A stretch of 64,000 nucleotides of DNA, from positions 52,700,001 through 52,764,000 of the forward strand of contig OZ320313.1 in assembly GCA_976226885.1 (NCBI GenBank), given 5' to 3'. Below are positions 63,300 to 64,000 of this stretch, piece by piece. A program made the translations under genes and the position numbers. The first letter of the stretch is position 1. Each line of letters starts with the position of its first letter. The notes below the pieces were generated by a model. The model did not search any database. It saw nothing but the letters and a program-made list of their open reading frames with translations, and was not told where the DNA came from. This DNA is from Iphione sp. A-MEVVRFRX5. Taxonomy: Eukaryota.

Positions 63300-64000
63300 C
63301 AACACGTGCACATAGCGCAGTTTACGTTGCCTCGTGTTAAATTCCGCCGCGCCGAGTGACTGGCAAGTTTCTGATTTCCCATTATTCCCCCCTTGAGCCC
63401 CTCTCTAGAGACGGTTATACGAGGTCAGGCGGCGGGTGCAGACAGTGAGATAAATCAGAGTCGTCCGCCACCAAGACATCACGCACGCCGCCCGATGGTT
63501 ATGAAGAGGTCTGTACACGCCTCCTTGGCGAGAAAGATCAAGCCCCTGCCGTCTGCAGCCCTCTAACTCCACTCATTCCCTTTAGCGCCAGCCGCCGGTC
63601 CGATCCCACCCACAATCCGCTCCCCTTCAGCGCACTGAGCCGACCCCCAGCGCCAGGTATGAAGGAGAAGACGCTCATAGGCAGTGAACGCGCTACCTGA
63701 CTGCATCTATAGGCGCTATCGCCGCCCACTCGATCAGCAGTAGTCATTTGTCTTACACTTGTCAGACGCGGCCCACTGAAGTACTAAAGTTGACTACAGC
63801 AGCTAAGTTATGGTAAGATATTAAAAACGCTGCAACTGTGGAGGATGTTAACATTCAAATAGTCTCATGTGCAGGTAGAAGGTTATTCATGTAAAATATT
63901 TGCGGTATTATCTGCCAAGAGTTAAAAGGTCATGGCTATTTGAACAAAATGTAGAATTGATATTACGTTTGGATTTCTTCAGCGAGCCCCTGCTACCAAA

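Larger units (their letters stand above)
1..64000 (-). other. Inferred giant intron(s) of an unidentified minus-strand gene
   Basis: Three co-oriented 3'SS/5'SS juxtapositions with RS-exons, plus strong minus-strand exon candidates at 44.3-44.7 kb. No recognisable host coding exon in the window. Inference only. Confidence 0.6.

Overview
Eukaryotic, almost entirely non-coding DNA. It is moderately GC-rich, keeps its CpGs and is very rich in ACATGT/TACATGTA, which fits an amphioxus-like invertebrate deuterostome (inference). I found no rRNA, tRNA, CRISPR array or intact recognisable gene, and most of the supplied ORFs look spurious. The window reads best as part of a giant intron of a minus-strand gene. 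Main observation: three recursive-splice-site (ratchet point) signatures lie on the minus strand at 58782/58781, 33199/33198 and 6095/6094, about 26-27 kb apart. Each has branch point + polypyrimidine tract + YAG|GTRAGT, followed 22-39 nt later by a second donor that defines a short RS-exon. Also present: two or three candidate minus-strand exons at 44.3-46.4 kb; a 5.4-kb CACTG-ended EnSpm/CACTA-like element (13191-18569) holding a Penelope GIY-YIG relic with a hammerhead ribozyme, a Crypton tyrosine-recombinase relic and an unknown decayed ORF; two related MITEs; microsatellites; a long structured hairpin (22890-22972); a possible nested plus-strand first exon (25634-25856); and many short CpG-rich, motif-dense enhancer-like islands. 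All scans were done by eye.
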